Below are positions 60,759-64,000 of a DNA stretch of 64,000 nucleotides, in pieces. The notes beneath the pieces are model-generated. The model did not search any database. It saw only the letters and a list, made by a program, of their open reading frames with translations, and was not told the DNA's origin. How positions within the stretch are numbered: the stretch's first letter is position 1; the number at the start of each line of letters is the position of its first letter. The stretch is from NCBI GenBank assembly GCA_026770705.1, contig JANJGN010000152.1, positions 806,001 through 870,000 on the forward strand, given 5' to 3'. The position numbers and the translations under genes were made by a program. This DNA comes from Isurus oxyrinchus. Taxonomy: Eukaryota.

Positions 60759-63294
60759 GTATAAACCAGGAAATACTGGAAGCACGTAAGAAAGGCACGG
60801 CAATAATGATGGGTGATTGTAATATGCAGATTGACCGGACTAATGAAATTGGCAAGGGAGCCTCGAGGGAGAGTTCAAGGAGTATATGAGAGATTGTTTC
60901 TTGGAGCAATATGCTGTGGAACCAAAGAGGGAGCAGGCTATACTGGATTTGGTTTTGTGGAATGACATGGGATTAATTAATGGTCGCATAGTAAAGGATC
61001 TTCTAGGGAAGAGTGACCATAGCATGCTAGAATTTCAGGTTCAGTTTGAGAGCGAGAAACTTGAGTCCCACATTAGTGTTCTGGAGTTGAACAAAGGTAA
61101 CTACATAGGCGTGAGGGCAGATTTGGCCCTGGTAGACTGGGCAGGAAGACGACAAAGTACGACAGTTGATGAACCGTGACAGATAACTAAGGAGGTATTC
61201 AATTCCTCCCAAGGAAAATGTATTTCAAAGAGGAAGAAAGACGGTAAGAGGTAGGGGGCGGGGAGCATCCACAGCTAAGCAAGAAAGTTAAAGGCAAAAA
61301 CTAAGGCATACCAAATTGCATAGTTCAATGGCAGGCTGGAGGATTGGGAAACGTTTAAAGATCAACAAAGGGTTACTGAAAAAATAATAAAAAGAAAAAA
61401 GGTAAATTATGAAAGAAAACTAGCACAAAATGTAAAGACTGAGAGCAAAAGCTTCTACAAGTATATAAAAGGAAATAGAATAGCTAAAGCGAATGTTAGC
61501 ACTTTAGAGGATGAGACTGGGGAGTTAATAGTGGGGAATGCAGAAATGGCAGAGACACTTAATCAATATTTTGCCCCAATTTTCACAGTGAAGGAGACTA
61601 GTGCCACCCGAATAGTAACAGGTAGTGCAGAAGGTATAGAGAAGGAGGAACGTAGAACAATCACCATCACTAGAGAAAATGAACTGAACAAACTATTGGG
61701 ATTAAAGGGTGACAAGCCCCCAGGACCAGATGGCCTACATCCCAGGGCCTTGAAGGAAGTGGCAGCAGAGATATTGGATGCATTGGCTATAATATTCCAA
61801 AATTTTCTGGATCCAGTGGATTGGAAAAATGCTAATATAACTCCCTTATTCAAAAAGTGGGGAGGTAGAAAGTAGAAAACTACAGACCAGTTAGGTTAAA
61901 GTCTGTCGTTGGGAAATTGTTGGAATCCATTATTAAGGAAATAGTAATGGGGCATTTAGAAAGTCAAAATGCAATCCATCAGCGTCAACATGGTTTTATG
62001 AAGAGTAACTCGTGTTTGACTAATTTTCTAGAGTTCTTTGAAGATATGACAAGCAAAGTGGATAATGGGGATCCTGTGGTTGTAGTATATCTGGACTTCC
62101 AGAAGGCATTTGATAAGGTGTCACACATAAGATTAATAAACAAGGTAAGATCACAAGGAGTTAGGGGTTATATATTAGTTTGGATAGAGGATTGGCTAAC
62201 CAACAGAAAGCAGAGGTTCTGGATAAATGGCTCTTTTTCTAGATGGCAAGCTGTAACTAGTGGGGTGCCAAAAAGTTCGGTCCTTGGGCCCCAACTATCT
62301 ACAATCTAAATTAATGACTTGGATTTAGGGATAGAAGGCACTGTAGCTAAATTTTCATATGACACCAAAATAGGTAGGAAAGTAAGTTGCAGTGAAGAAG
62401 TGAGAAATTTACAAATGGATATGGGCAGCTTAGGTGAACGGGCCAAAATTTGGCAGATGGAGTTTATCACAGATGAGGTTATTAATTTTGGTTGGAAGAA
62501 TAAAAAGGCAACTTATTATTTAAATGGAGAGAAACTTGAGAATGCTTCAGTGCAGAGGGATCTGGGTGTCCTCGTGCATGAATCGCTGAAAGTTAGTATG
62601 CACGGACAGCAGGTAAGAAGGAAGAAAAATGGAATTTTGGCATTTATTGCAAAAGGAATAGAGGATAAAAATAGGAAATTGTTGTTGCAATTGTTCAAGG
62701 TATTGGTGAGACCTTACCTGGAGTACTGTGCACAGTTATGGTCCCCTTACTTGAGGAAGGATGCAATTGCATTGAAGGCAGTTCAGAGCAGGTTTACTAG
62801 ATTGGTTCCAGAGATGCGGGGCTTGTCTTATGAGGAGAGATTAAGCGGTTTAGGCCGATATTCGCGCGAGTTTAGAAGGGTGAGAGGAGATCTAATTGAG
62901 GTATAGAAGATGCTAAAGGGAATAGATGAAGTAGACGTGGAGCGGATGTTTTCACTTGTGGGGCATTCTAGAACGAGAGGCCATAGTCTTAGGCTAAGGG
63001 GTGGCAGATTTAAATCATAAATGAGGAGCAATTACTTTTCTCAAAGGGCCGTGAATCTGTGGAATTCACTACCTCAGAGTGCAATGTATGCCAGGACGTT
63101 GAATAAATTGAAGGAGGAGATAGACAGATTTTTAATTAGTAATGGGTTGAGAGGTTATGGGGAGAGGATGGGATATTGCAGTTGAGGCCGAAATGAAATC
63201 AGCCATGATCGTATTGAATAGCTGGGCAGGTTCGAGGGACTGAATCGCCTACACCTGCTGCTCGTTCTTATATTCTTATGTTATGTTTTATGTT
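60759..63294 (+). mobile_element. 5'-truncated CR1 LINE (endonuclease end, RT domain, 3' UTR), disrupted ORF2
   Basis: KPPGPDGLHPRALKE; QHGFMK..SCLTN; VYLDFQKAFDKV; TSGVP..SVLGP; (TTCTTATG)-like tail; absent from the paralogous site near 17615. Confidence 0.95.
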
Positions 63295-63748
63295 CTTATT
63301 TCACTGCCATTTGTTCAGAGCTGGAACCACTGCAGAATATTCGGCTATGTGGAAAATGCGGAGACGAAAGATGAATTGTATAACTCTTTCCATGAAGTCT
63401 AGACGTGGCTCAGTCCTTCTTCTAAGATTCTAAACACCTTATTTCAGTCAGTTGAACAGTGAGCAGGTGCAGGATGGTTAGAGAATTCTGCAGATTCAAC
63501 CGTCGCTATTTCCGCTCCAGCAGTACCAGGTGCAGCTGAGAGTCACTGCACACTTCGTTCAATATTCAGTCTGCGCCCACAGTTTCCGTTTTCTGCTGTT
63601 GCTCTGATCCGATTGTGCATTGGAGTGATTGCTGCCGCTGGTCCATCCCTGCCATTGGTTGGGTCAGCAGTGCAGTGGGACAGGGATCTGTATTTCTGCT
63701 CTGGCAGAGAATTTCCTGCATTGCAAAGTTGCAGACTCAGGAAGTTCC

Positions 63749-64000
63749 ATGGGGAACCGTCTCGCTCCGCTCCTCATCACTTCTCAGTAAGTATTTCCTT
63801 CCCAGTAAAACTCCATTCTCTTCCTGATGCTGTAACCCAGATGTTGTTTTTAGTAAGAAAATGGTGATGTTGATGACGATTATGTTTACTTAAATGAGGC
63901 TGATGCTGATTGTTGTTATTGCTATTGTTTTATGTTAGAATGGAGCCACCCAGAGACAGTGGAACAACCGGTTGCTGAAATAACGGCGGAAGATTAAAGT
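63749..64000 (+). pseudogene. TCR V pseudogene running off the window (paralog of the 18108 gene)
   Basis: Leader 63749-63786 with an 8-nt deletion; exon from 63939 ETVEQPVAEITAED*. Confidence 0.85.

Noticed and set aside
1-64000. NAR-TCR cassette, TAILV or IgH-like V, and D/J/C segments
   Set aside because: I saw no IgH- or IgNAR-type framework motifs, no leaderless supporting V with D/J, and no 12-spacer RSS; a profile search could still find decayed ones

Overview
This is vertebrate genomic DNA, most likely from a cartilaginous fish (inferred from the V-gene sequences and from the CR1, Deu-SINE and Penelope repeats). The window is part of a T-cell receptor alpha/delta-type variable-gene array. 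I found about 30 V segments or relics in both orientations, with 3' recombination signals (RSS) of the 23-spacer class, and no D, J, C or 12-RSS. Only two V genes look fully intact (44288-44747 and 53158-53490). Two more have open V exons with structural or splice defects; the rest are pseudogenes spread by direct and inverted segmental duplications. Most notable: (1) a four-member V family whose leader is fused to the V domain in one exon, with promoter and RSS kept; (2) consensus CTCF motifs placed about 20 bp behind RSSs or 0.5-0.8 kb upstream of leaders, matching V orientation and conserved while the genes decay; (3) a V group with a 24-nt (or 22-nt alternative register) RSS spacer; (4) RSS-focused deletions; (5) an inverted Penelope element with a 12-bp target-site duplication and hammerhead ribozyme motifs. 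All calls are from manual reading; relic and repeat boundaries are approximate.
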